This document shows positions 26,291-37,000 of a stretch of 62,686 nucleotides of DNA, piece by piece. Position numbers and translations under genes: made by a program. The stretch covers positions 1 to 62,686 of the forward strand of contig JACRNX010000030.1 of assembly GCA_016214755.1 (NCBI GenBank), given 5' to 3'. The stretch's first letter is position 1; each line of letters starts with the position of its first letter. The stretch is from Candidatus Falkowbacteria bacterium. GTDB taxonomy: Bacteria; Patescibacteriota; Patescibacteriia; UBA11705; JABHMO01. The notes beneath the pieces were generated by a model that made no database searches, had not been told where the DNA came from, and saw only the letters and a program-made list of their open reading frames with translations.

Positions 26291-27619
26291 ATGCCAAGAC
26301 GAAAAAAAGAAGAAATTCCGCATGAAGAAATAAGAAAAATAAAAACGCCGGCGATCGTAGACGGCATGCGGGATGTTTTGCCCGCTGACCACAAATATTG
26401 GGAGTTCGTGGAACGGGAAATTCGCAAAGTGATTGACGGTTACAGTTTTTTACGGATCGCCACGCCGATTCTTGAAAAGTACGAGCTTTTCAATCACACG
26501 TTGTTTAAACAGAGCGGCGCTTTGGAAGGAGAGGTTTTTGATTTTATTGACCGCGGACAGAAATTAATCTTGCGGCCGGAGAACGCCGCTTCCATCGCCC
26601 GCGCTTTTATTTCGCATAACATGGCCAACCAGCCCATGCCGCTTAAGGTTTATTTTTGGGGTCCGATGTTTCGGCAAGCGCGCGGGGAAGCGAACAAGTG
26701 GCGGCAATTCACCCAGGCGGGGTTTGAGATTATCGGCGAAAAAGCGCCGGCCATAGACGCGGAGCTGATCATTATCGCCAGCAATATCATGAAAAATTTG
26801 GGATTAGAAACAGAAGTGCGGCTGAACAGCGTTGGTTGCGGCATCTGCCGGCTTGAATACAGCAAAGCGCTTTCCGGCTATCTGAAATCCAAGCGGGCGA
26901 TGCTGTGCCAGGACTGCCGGCGCCGGATTGGTCGCGACCCCCAGCATTTTCTGGCTTGCCAAAACAACCGTTGCGCGCGGCTCAAGGAAGACGCGCCGCA
27001 AACCGTTGATTGGCTGTGCGATGAATGCCGCAACCATTTGTTTCGCGTCCTCGAATATCTAGATGAATTAAAAATTCCTTATCAGCTTGATTCCACTTTA
27101 CTTTCCACTTTTGGTTTTTACTCGAAAACGATTTTTGAAATTAACGCTAATGGCGAACGGGGCGAAAAAATTTCTCTGGCCAGCGGCGGCCGCTTCGATA
27201 ATCTTTTGGAAATGCTAAGCGGCCCGGCCATGCCCGGCGCTGGTTTCGCCTTGGGGCTGGAGCGGGTGATTCAACAGCTTAAAACAGCGAAGGCGGAAGT
27301 GCCGAACCCAGCGGCGCCGGACGTGTTTTTGGCGCAAATCAGCGAACAGGCGCGGCAGAAGGCATTCGCTTTTTTCGAGGAACTGCGGCGTCACAATTTT
27401 TCCATTAAAGCGAATTTATCAAAAGCGAATTTGAAAGCGCAATTGGAAATCGCCGCCAAGTTGGGCGCGAAATATGTTTTGATTCTTGGCCAAAAGGAAG
27501 CAATGGAAGGCACGGTGATTTTGCGCGATATGGAGAGCGGGATTCAGGAGGTGGTCAATCGCACCAAGGTCGTCAAGGAAATTCAAAAGCGATTGAGAGA
27601 CAATTTGTTGAAATTGTAA
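26291..27619 (+). CDS. hisS: Histidine--tRNA ligase
   Basis: Class II motifs: LRPENAASIARAF, FRQARGEANKWRQFTQAGFEIIG, GGRFDNL, and a C-terminal anticodon-binding domain. Confidence 0.92.
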   Translation: MPRRKKEEIPHEEIRKIKTPAIVDGMRDVLPADHKYWEFVEREIRKVIDGYSFLRIATPILEKYELFNHTLFKQSGALEGEVFDFIDRGQKLILRPENAASIARAFISHNMANQPMPLKVYFWGPMFRQARGEANKWRQFTQAGFEIIGEKAPAIDAELIIIASNIMKNLGLETEVRLNSVGCGICRLEYSKALSGYLKSKRAMLCQDCRRRIGRDPQHFLACQNNRCARLKEDAPQTVDWLCDECRNHLFRVLEYLDELKIPYQLDSTLLSTFGFYSKTIFEINANGERGEKISLASGGRFDNLLEMLSGPAMPGAGFALGLERVIQQLKTAKAEVPNPAAPDVFLAQISEQARQKAFAFFEELRRHNFSIKANLSKANLKAQLEIAAKLGAKYVLILGQKEAMEGTVILRDMESGIQEVVNRTKVVKEIQKRLRDNLLKL

Positions 27620-27742
27620 TCAGCGATGGAAGACTTTTTGCCTGTCATGCTTCGAGAGCCTCAGCATGACATCAACTTGTCACCTTGAGGCGAGTTTGAA
27701 CGTGAACTGTTTCAAATCGTTTCGCATAAACCTCTCGAATGG

Positions 27743-27771
27743 TTGACTTTTCAATTTTTTTAGCTTAAAAT
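27743..27771 (+). promoter_or_regulatory. Promoter TTGACT-17 nt-TAAAAT upstream of rpsU
   Basis: -35 at 27743-27748 and -10 at 27766-27771. Confidence 0.5.
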
Positions 27772-27863
27772 AACTTCTGAAATAGAGTCAATTTCTATTA
27801 TTCGATTATTCTATTTTCTACTTTCTATTTTCTAGATTCTAAATAAAGGAAAGGAGTTTTGAA

Positions 27864-28112
27864 ATGGCAATTGAAGTTAAAAGGAAAAAAGTTGAAACAT
27901 TCGAATCATTATTGCGGCGATTTAATCGGCGCATGATTCAGAGTAAATTAGTTTTGGAATGCAAGCGAAAAGCGCATTATAAGCGGCCGTTAAGCCGCAA
28001 TCGCCAGCGGGCGAACGCGCTTTCACGAAAGACCTACAGCGAAAAGCGCAATTATCTGCGCAAGACAGGCCGTCTGCCGGAAGAAGAATTGACGCAGAAG
28101 AGGAGGTATTAG
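27864..28112 (+). CDS. rpsU: 30S ribosomal protein S21
   Basis: MAIEVKRKKVETFESLLRRFNRRMIQS..; basic, 82 aa, with a GGAG RBS. Confidence 0.92.
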   Translation: MAIEVKRKKVETFESLLRRFNRRMIQSKLVLECKRKAHYKRPLSRNRQRANALSRKTYSEKRNYLRKTGRLPEEELTQKRRY

Positions 28113-28185
28113 GGTATAGGGTTTAGGGTAGAGGGTATAGGGTAGAGTTAGGTTTTAGGTTGAATAAAATTGTGGTATAATAAGT

Positions 28186-28635
28186 ATGAGTTTATCACAA
28201 GAAATTGAGAAGCAACTGACTCAAGCGATGAAAGAAAAGAATGAGTCGGTTTTAGTGACCATGAGAATGTTAAAATCAGCGATGACGAATCGGGCGATTG
28301 AATTGATGAAAAAAGAATTGACTGACGAAGAAACCATCAGCGTCATCCGCGGAGAAATCAAGAAGCGCGACGATTCAATCGAAGCGTATCAAGCGGGCGG
28401 CAGGCAGGACTTGGTTGAACAAGAAACGCGGGAGAAAGAATTATTGAAGGCGTTTTTGCCGCCGGCAATGTCGGCCGAAGAAATTAAGTCCGCTGTCGAA
28501 AAAGCGATGGCCGGGCTGGCGGAGGCAGACAAGAAAAATTTTGGAAAAGCCATGGCTTTGGCCATGAATGAACTTAAAGGAAAAGCGGACGGCAAGGCGG
28601 TCAGTCAGGCGGTGAAAGAATTGCTCACGCAATAA
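28186..28635 (+). CDS. GatB/YqeY domain protein
   Basis: ..LTQAMKEKN..RMLKSAM.. and ..KNFGKAMALAMNELKGKADGKAVSQAVKELL are typical of the YqeY family. Confidence 0.88.
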   Translation: MSLSQEIEKQLTQAMKEKNESVLVTMRMLKSAMTNRAIELMKKELTDEETISVIRGEIKKRDDSIEAYQAGGRQDLVEQETREKELLKAFLPPAMSAEEIKSAVEKAMAGLAEADKKNFGKAMALAMNELKGKADGKAVSQAVKELLTQ

Positions 28636-28650
28636 TCATTGATATAAATC

Positions 28651-30756
28651 ATGCTTGTCAACAAGATCCTGAATCGAGTTCAGGATGACAAATTTGGTTC
28701 GCCGGAAGAAAATTTAGCCGCGGTGGCGAAACAGGCGGGCTTGGAGAAAGAAGATCCGCGGATTATCGTCGCTCGATTCATCAAATGGTTTCTCGGTATT
28801 ATCGGCGCCATCGCGTTTATCATCGTCCTTTATGGCGGCTACACCTACATGACATCAGCCGGCGATCCGGAGAAAGTAAGGAAAGCAGAGGCAATATTGA
28901 AAAACGGCGTCATCGGGCTGATTATTATTTTCGCCGCTTATTCAATTACGGTTTTTGTGTTTAACATGTTATCGGTGAAAGAACCGTCTGGGACAGGATT
29001 GACGACCGCCGGCAGTGGACAGCTCGCCGGCAGTCCGTATGGATTGTCGAAAGGCGCGTTCGGCACGGTGATTCAAAGCCAGTATCCCCTGCCGGAGCAA
29101 ACCGGCGTGCCGCGCAATACCATGATTTTGGTGACTTTCAAAGCGCCGTTTGCCATTGATTCGCTGATTGACGTCAGTAAAAATGGCGATTGTCCAAAAG
29201 ATGACAAAGGCGCGTTGATAAAAAATTGCGGGGCAATTAAAACGGCCGCGTTCCGCGTTTATCAATGCGCGGATATGTTAAAAGAAAAATATTCTGATGA
29301 TAAAAACGCGACTTGCTTTAATAAAGAAATTTTTGATTTGGCGGATGAGAGCAAATTGGTTTCCGGTTATGGAATCGTAACCGAGGATTCTAAGACGATA
29401 ATTTTTAACCCATACGGCGACTCAAAAGAACAGCATTTGGGCAATGAGTTTGAAGATGTGCCATATATCGTCTATTTGACCGGCAAGATAATGCGGCAGG
29501 ATAATCCGGCGAAGTCCATTTTCACGACACAATATCCTGACCATAAGTGGCGGTTCACTACCAGCACGATTTTGGATTTGACGCCGCCTAAAGTCAGTTC
29601 AGTGGTGCCGGCTAATGTCGTTTACCCGATTAAGTGTCCGGGTGTTGGTTGCGCGGACGTTGATTCCAGCGGCAAGGTCTATTTGAATCAAATGGTTTAC
29701 ATTCATTTTAATGAACCAGTGATTCCGCCGCTCACGCAGACGCAGGATTGCACGATCGCTGATGATGACAATGAGGCGCAACTTGTTAACAACAAAAAAA
29801 TAGGCAGTTGTTTGACGATGCATGTCCCAGGTAAATGGAAAGTGGGAATTAATGGCTATCAAACAATCCAGTTCATTCCCACTACGCCGTGCGAAGGCGT
29901 TGAGAAAAATTCTTGCGGTAATCCGGTCTATTGTCTGCCGGCGAATTCGCAATTAATTGGTAAGGCCTTGGCGGCGAAAATTGTCGGCGGCGTTAGCATG
30001 CCCGGGACCGGTATTATGGATATGGCCGCCAATTCTTTGGATGGCAATGGCAACGGCAAGTCCGATGGGCCCGGCCCAATAGACGCTGACCCGAATAATA
30101 AAGACGCGATGCTCGATAGTTATTTTTGGGATTTTATAACTGGCGACAAATTGGATTTGATTGCGCCATGGGTGACCAGTTTGGAACCGAACAATAATAC
30201 CGCAGGCATTACGGACGTGAATCTTCCGTTATCCGCGATGTTCAGCGAATCAGTGGACGCCTATTCTGTTGACACGGAAATAAAATTAACTGGCTATAAC
30301 TCTGATGGAAAACAATTTGACGGCTGGTTTGACCCGAATCTTGGGAAAGAGGTTATTACGGAAAAAGTCGGCGACAAGGAGGTCTCGTCTGAAAAAGTTT
30401 TAGACAACAAAGCGGTGATTAGCCACGGCCCGTTTGAAGAATATATCGAAGGCCCTTCTCCATTGTACACGCCGGTTATTGGTTCAGAAGTAAAAGACAC
30501 GCGCCAGAATTGTTTCAGCCCGACCAAAGACGGCGCGGCGAAGGCGGAAGAAACAACTATTTTAAATAGCGAATGCGGGGTAAAAGATGCGGCAGGGGAG
30601 GTAAAAATACCTGGCGTCTCTTGTTGTCCGCAAGACGGAACTTATAAATTAATAGGGGACACAGGCGAAGAATGCACAACGCCTTGCCCGACAGGTTACA
30701 ACAAAGTAATAAAAGATAAAAAAGAAGAATGTATAATGCCGAAGGTTGTTAAGTAG
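28651..30756 (+). CDS. 701-aa surface protein: N-terminal TrbC/VirB2-like two-helix domain plus Ig-like (SbsA/Big_5-like) ectodomain and a Cys-rich tail
   Basis: ..IVARFIKWFLGIIGAIAFIIVLYGGYTYMTSAGDPEKVRKAEAILKNGVIGLIIIFAAYSI.. followed by beta-rich repeats (TPPKVSSVVPAN.., LIAPWVTSLEPNN..). The first 14 codons are a REP palindrome, so the start is uncertain (in-frame GTG at 28723). Confidence 0.8.
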   Translation: MLVNKILNRVQDDKFGSPEENLAAVAKQAGLEKEDPRIIVARFIKWFLGIIGAIAFIIVLYGGYTYMTSAGDPEKVRKAEAILKNGVIGLIIIFAAYSITVFVFNMLSVKEPSGTGLTTAGSGQLAGSPYGLSKGAFGTVIQSQYPLPEQTGVPRNTMILVTFKAPFAIDSLIDVSKNGDCPKDDKGALIKNCGAIKTAAFRVYQCADMLKEKYSDDKNATCFNKEIFDLADESKLVSGYGIVTEDSKTIIFNPYGDSKEQHLGNEFEDVPYIVYLTGKIMRQDNPAKSIFTTQYPDHKWRFTTSTILDLTPPKVSSVVPANVVYPIKCPGVGCADVDSSGKVYLNQMVYIHFNEPVIPPLTQTQDCTIADDDNEAQLVNNKKIGSCLTMHVPGKWKVGINGYQTIQFIPTTPCEGVEKNSCGNPVYCLPANSQLIGKALAAKIVGGVSMPGTGIMDMAANSLDGNGNGKSDGPGPIDADPNNKDAMLDSYFWDFITGDKLDLIAPWVTSLEPNNNTAGITDVNLPLSAMFSESVDAYSVDTEIKLTGYNSDGKQFDGWFDPNLGKEVITEKVGDKEVSSEKVLDNKAVISHGPFEEYIEGPSPLYTPVIGSEVKDTRQNCFSPTKDGAAKAEETTILNSECGVKDAAGEVKIPGVSCCPQDGTYKLIGDTGEECTTPCPTGYNKVIKDKKEECIMPKVVK

Positions 30757-30804
30757 ATTCGAGATTAAAGATTAAAGATAAAAAAATACAGAGCCGCGCC
30801 TTAC

Positions 30805-30923
30805 CGTCATTGCGAGGAGTCCCGCTAAGGCGGGACGACGAAGCAATCTCGAGACTATAGACGCTGGGATTGCAGAGTTTATCCCGAACTTGTTGAGGGA
30901 TCGTCGGACTCCTCGCAATGACG
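30805..30923. repeat. 119-bp composite palindrome with perfect 18-bp arms (CGTCATTGCGAGGAGTCC / GGACTCCTCGCAATGACG)
   Basis: The arms at 30805-30822 and 30906-30923 are exact reverse complements. The element lies between the two pilin-domain genes. Confidence 0.8.
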
Positions 30924-31018
30924 TGAAAAAAAGAACGCCTGTCTGCAGGCAGGCTCACCATGGATGACAAATGTACTGAACTCGGGATGACAATACGAGT
31001 TACTAAAAAAGTTAAAAC

Positions 31019-34000
31019 ATGTTTGCGCGATTGAAAAAAGATTCAAGATTCTTGATAGCCGTGGTTGGCGCGGTGATTATTTTCAGTTTGTTCGCGTTCA
31101 GCGCGCTGGACATTGTCCATGCGCAGGGAACGCCGGAAGAGGGGCTGGCGCTGACTGGCACGGCGGCTGGACTGCAAGCCGGACAAGACCTCCGCGTAAT
31201 CATCGGCAACATCATCAAAATTATTCTGGGATTTTTAGGCGTGCTCGCTTTATGCATTGTTCTTTACGCTGGTTTTTTGTACATGACTTCTGGCGGCGAT
31301 CAAGAGAAAGTGCAGAAAGCGCGGCGGTGGCTGGTGAACGGCGCGATCGGTTTGGTCATTATTTTTTCCGCTTACGCCATTACTTCGTTCATCATCAATA
31401 AACTGAAAACGGCGGTCAGCGGCGAGGAAGCGTCAATTGCCGGCGGCGGAGGAGAGGGTGGACTGGGCATCGGCGGCATCATGGTGTTCACCGCCGGGCC
31501 GATCACGCCCAACACGCCGGCGGCCATCAATTATCCGGTCAAAGTATTTTTTAACAAAGGAGTGGATTCGAAAACAATAAATAAAGATAATGTCCAAATA
31601 ATTAAAAAGGGCGCTAAGGGCAAAGTGGTAAAAACATTAGCGCCGATTGAGGTGATTGAAAAAGGCGGCCAGGGCGCGGACAGTTTAAGCAAGATTCTCG
31701 TTAGCGACGACCAGTTCACGGGCTGGGATGTCTGTTTAACCGATACTTCTTCCGAGAGCACCAAAAAAATATCCGAGGGATACACGCCGATGTCAATGAT
31801 TTTTGATATTAGTGAATTAAAAGGTAAGTTGCCGTCTTCAGCAACGTATAAATTTGAAAACAAAAATTCGCCGGGCGGAAGATTCACGATTAGCTGCGGT
31901 GACAAAAATAATCCGGCGAAAAAAATCATAAAAGAAAAATGGGCCACGTCAGATAAACCTTATACCCAAAAAGTGAAAAATTCTTTAGAACTGCCTAAGG
32001 AATGTTTCAACAATGTCGCTGACAATCTGTTGTATATTCAGTGGAAGAGAGCGGGCGGCGCTTGCATTAAATTTGATTACATGGCGCTGGAAATGGCGTA
32101 TGAAGATTACACTGGCGCCGAGTCCGCGGTCAGCGGCGGTTTTAACGTCAGCGGTTCAACCGTGAGATTCCTGCCAGCTGATGATTGCAAAGATCCTGCT
32201 TGCAAAGGACAAAAATGTTTTGAAAAAAATACTGATTACAAAGTAGTTTTAAAGCCAAATGTCATTAAATCAAACACTGGCATTGGTTTGTCTTGCGCCG
32301 TTGGTAGTGTCTGCCTGCATGAATTTTCGACTAACGATGTCTGCGACGTCACCGCGCCGGCTGTTTCTTTCATCGAGCCGTGGAATGGCGCGAAAGTCAG
32401 CCAGGACGCGGATGTTGATGTAACAGTGAAGGCGATTGATGACGGCGGAGTGGATTACATTGATTTTTTGGTGGACAGCGTGTTTCAGGATAAAGCGACG
32501 CCGGCCAGCGGTAAAAACGAGCAAGAATTTTACGGCTATTTTTCGTGGAATACCGAGGATATTGTTTTAGATCCAGTGACGAAAAAAGCGGTTAAAAAAT
32601 TAAAAGCAGAAGCCGAGGACTTGGACAACCATTTGGCGAGCAAGGAAATTGAGGTAACGGTTTTGCCGGCATATTGTTTTGACAAAGAGGGCGCGATTAT
32701 ATGTGATAAAGACGGCACGCATCCTGAATGCGGCAAGTGTGATGGATCTGATTGCGTGAAAGATGATGATTGCGCTGGCGTCTGCAATAAAAAGTGTGTT
32801 GACGCAGAAGCGAAGCAATGCAAAGTTAATGCTGATTGCGCGTCCGGCGTGGCGTGTAAAGGCACTTGCGAGACATTGCCGGTTATCACCAATGTCAGTC
32901 CAGATATAGCCGGCGCGGGAAATTATGTAACGATTTTTGGTAAAGGATTTTTGTCATATAAAGAAGGAGTAAGCCAAGCGTTTTTCACTGGCGCGGCCGG
33001 AGGATATTTGGAAGCAAAGATTGTTAATTGCGTGGCAGGCAAGCCGGCCTGGTCATATAATCAAATAATCGTAAAAGTGCCTGAACTGGCTGGCACTGGC
33101 CCAATTAAAATAATAAATTCAAGCGGAAAGGAAGATGATACACAGGACGAGGATGGCTGGCAGGGCGAGTTTGAGTTCGACGCGAAAATAAAATATCCGG
33201 GTTTGTGCGCGGTCCAATTACAGAGTTGTACGCCGTCAAATATTGTTTCATGCGACGAAGGCGCGGTCGGCGATTCAGTCAAAGCAATAGGAATAAATTT
33301 CGGGCATGAGATGGCTGATTATGACATGATTTATTTCGGCAGCGCGCCGTTCGGGCAAGGCGCGGGCTTTGATTGGAAGGATAAGGAAATAAAAGGAATC
33401 CAAATACCAATAGTTAATCCTGCTAGTTATGGTGTGACTGTGGCCAAAGAGGATTCGAAGGATATTAATAAAAAAATTTACAGCAATCCGGTTTATTTTC
33501 ATGTTATTCCAGCCGCCAATCTGCCGAAGATTGATAAAGTCAGTCCAATGCCCGCGCCGTTTGGCCAGATGGTAACGATTAGCGGGCAATATTTTGGAGC
33601 AAACGTCGGTCATGTTGAATTTAGGCGATACATTAACGGCCAGCCGTATGATTGGGTCGCGGGTTTGGCCTGCGCCAGTGGAAGCTGGTCAGACAGTGAA
33701 ATCATTATTAAAGTGCCGAAAGAAATCGCCAATACTATTGCCAAAATCGAAGGCGCGGACGCTTTTAGCAAGGATTATCAAATTATTGTTTATAACTCGA
33801 AAGGGTTGGCCAGCAAGCCGGTTGATTTTGAAATTAACAACAAGGCGCCGGGGCCGGGCTTGTGTTCGATCAGTCCAAACAATGGGCCAGTCGGGACGAA
33901 ATTTAATTTATCCGGTGAAAATTTTGGCGAGTCAAAAGATTATTACATAAAATTTCCTGCGCCTGACAAAAAAAATGTTAATGTCACTGCTTTCAAAACA

Positions 34001-37000
34001 TGGGGAGAAAAACTGATTGAAAACGCGGCCGTGCCGGCTGGCGCGATTTCCGGCGCTGTGTTTTTGAGTTCAAACGCCGCGGACGTGGATATTGACAGCA
34101 ATAGTTTGAACTTTAGCGTCGGCAGTTGCAAAAAGGACTCTTGCGACGAAGGATTGACTTGCTGTCCAACTGGTATTTGTCAGACAAAATGCGAAGCAGA
34201 AGTGGAATATTCGCCATCAGAATATATGTGGTTAGTCAGCACTGGTCCCTTACCGATTTTGCCGCAGGTGTTGGAGCGAAGTTGCATCAAAGGCGTGTAT
34301 TCGCAATCGCCATCGCCATTCAAATCAACGGAAGACGCGTGTCCCAATGGTTTGATCTCCGCCACTTTCAATACGGCGATGAAAAAAGATAGTTTGAATA
34401 ATAATATCGAAGTGCGGCGCTGTTTTCTCAAAGATGGTGGCAAATGCGATTTCAGTATTTGTAAGAAAGGAGAAAAATTGGGAGACATAATTTGCGCCGG
34501 CGGCGAGGTTAAATGTCTGAAAAACGGCACGTGCGTTGCCAAAAGCGTCAGTCAAATAACGGCCAATGATTTTAGCGAGTCAAATTTGTCTATTAGTTGC
34601 AAAACGCCGGCCGGCGCGGATTGTTCTGTCGGCGCGAAGGACTGCCAATGTGTCAAAGGTTCGCTAGTTTCGCAGTTCAATTTATTTGACGCGCTGTCAG
34701 AATTAGCGGCCGGAGAAGTTCCGTTGATAAAGTCGGAAGACGACAAAGGAAAAATTATTCCTTATCAACTATTCGAAAATACTTGGTATCAGGTAATTAT
34801 CAAAGGCGGAACCATGAATGACGAGAATCAGTTCGAGGGCGGAGTCGTCTCGTCGGACGGAAAATCAATGGCTAGCGATTATGCCTGGACGTTCAAAACG
34901 AAAAATGAAAAATGCGTTCCTGATAATTTACTGTTGAAGCCGCTTATCGGTTTAATCAGCGATTTATACGGCATGCAAAAGTATATTGTTTCAGGACAAT
35001 ATCAATGTCAGGAAATCGCGCTTAACAATGAAAAATGGGAGTGGGGAGCGCAGGAGAGTTATAAAGAGAAAATTAAATTCAGCGGATATGGATGCGTTAA
35101 TGGAATTGAAGGGCAAATTTGTCCAGCCAACACGAACGATAAACGGCCGGACATTGGGTTTTACGGGTTGTTTACTGAAAAAGCGTCCACATTAAATTTA
35201 GAAACGCCGCTTGGTGAACCAGCGATTATTTTTGCGGACGCGGTGCCGACAGTTGATTCATTCATGAAAACCGCTTTTGACAAAATGCATAAAGAAGGCG
35301 GACTGGAAGTTAAATTCGCGGCGCCAAAAGTGATTTCTTATTATCCAAATTGCCAATCAGCTTGCATTAACAGCGAGCTCGGCGCGCATTTCAGCGCTCA
35401 AATGGACGCGGCTAGTTTGACGCCAAATAGCGTTAAACTTTATTCCTGCGCCAGCGCTGATTGCATTAATTTGACGTCAGTAGCGTTAACGTCGGGAGAA
35501 ATTGATTATCAATGGACAGCGCCTGACGTGACAAATAAAAGTCAGATAAGCAATTTAAAAGTCAATCCGACAAATGATTTGTCATCCAATACTTTTTATC
35601 GAATGGTAATCACAAATGGCGTTCAAAGTTCAAGCTTGAAACCGCTGGCGGGCTTGAATTATACAATTGCGAACGCGCCCAAAAGCGATTGCGCTGATTG
35701 GAAAGATAATGACGCTGATAATGGCATTGATGTCAGCGGCGGTTATATATACAAAGGCAACGATAAAAAAATATTAGATTTCGTTTGCGGTTGCTATAAT
35801 ACATCTGCGACAGGTGAACCAGCGCAGAAATTCGTCTCGTATAATAAAGTTGACGCTAAAGTGGCTTGTCCGACGGGAGTAAGTTTTTCTTGTTTTAACA
35901 TCAAGGAATCAATCATTACCGACCCGGTGGATTTGAAAAAAATTGTCGAGGATTATAATTATTTCAGCCCAGACAGCCAGTGCGCGAGCGAAGCGGATTT
36001 TGAAATCGGCAAGTCGGGGCAGTACGACGCGTTCAGTTGGGTGTTCAAAACCAAAGCGTCTTCGGAAAAATGCGAGATTGACAAAGTCGATGTCGTGCCA
36101 GTTAGTTACACGACCGAAAAGCAAGGCGAAAAGATTGAATATTGGTCGAATCCATATTCAGCGCCTGATGAATGTTCGGATAAAGGACAGCTTTTAGACC
36201 CGTTTGATTATGCGTGGAAGTGGGATAGCACAGCCAAAGTCATTGTTAACAATATTGCGATCCCTGCAATAGCTGAAATTACTAACACGAAAATAATGGA
36301 CGTACCTGAATATTGCACAGAGAATTGTTTGGCAAAAGGCGGCACGCCCGCTGGTTCTGTTTGTGGCGACGGCGCAGTCGGCTCTGGCGAAGAGTGCGAT
36401 GATAAAAATATCGTGAACGGAGATGGCTGTTCGGATAAATGTCTATTAGAACCGTTTAAAAATTGCACTGCCGATCAATTAAAAAATAAAGCAACGGGTT
36501 GTTGCGGCAACGGCACGCCAAATGAAGCGATTACAAATATTTACGGAAAAACATATAACGAAGAATGCGACGCGGGTTGCGAATACAAAGACGGGAGCGG
36601 TAAGGCCTGCGCGCCGTCCGCGGACAAACCAGAATGTGTCTGCGTATCCAAAGAATCATATTGTTCAAATGGCTGCTTAAATATTGGCACGGCGGCTGGT
36701 TTTGTCTGCGGTAACAGTAAAGTCGAAGCCGGCGAAGATAAAGATGATGGAAATAATAAAGATGGCGACGGCGTGAGTTCGATTTGTTTGAATGAAGGCG
36801 CGAAGTATAAAACAGGAGAGAAAGCGGCGTTATGCGGTGACGGTAAAATTGATTACGGCGAAGAATGCGAGGCGATTGCGAAGACAGCAGGCGGTTCAAT
36901 ATCATTAGATAATAATCCATATTGCAATGAAAAATGCTTATGGCAGGGATTTCCTGCTTGCGGAAAATGCGAAAAGAAGGTCGTTGATCCAGCGACAGGT

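Noticed and set aside
26830-27040. The Cys-rich block in HisS (CGIC..CQDC..C..C..CDEC) as an unusual insertion.
   Set aside because: Paired CxxC motifs in this part of HisS occur in many bacterial histidyl-tRNA synthetases, so it is not considered anomalous.
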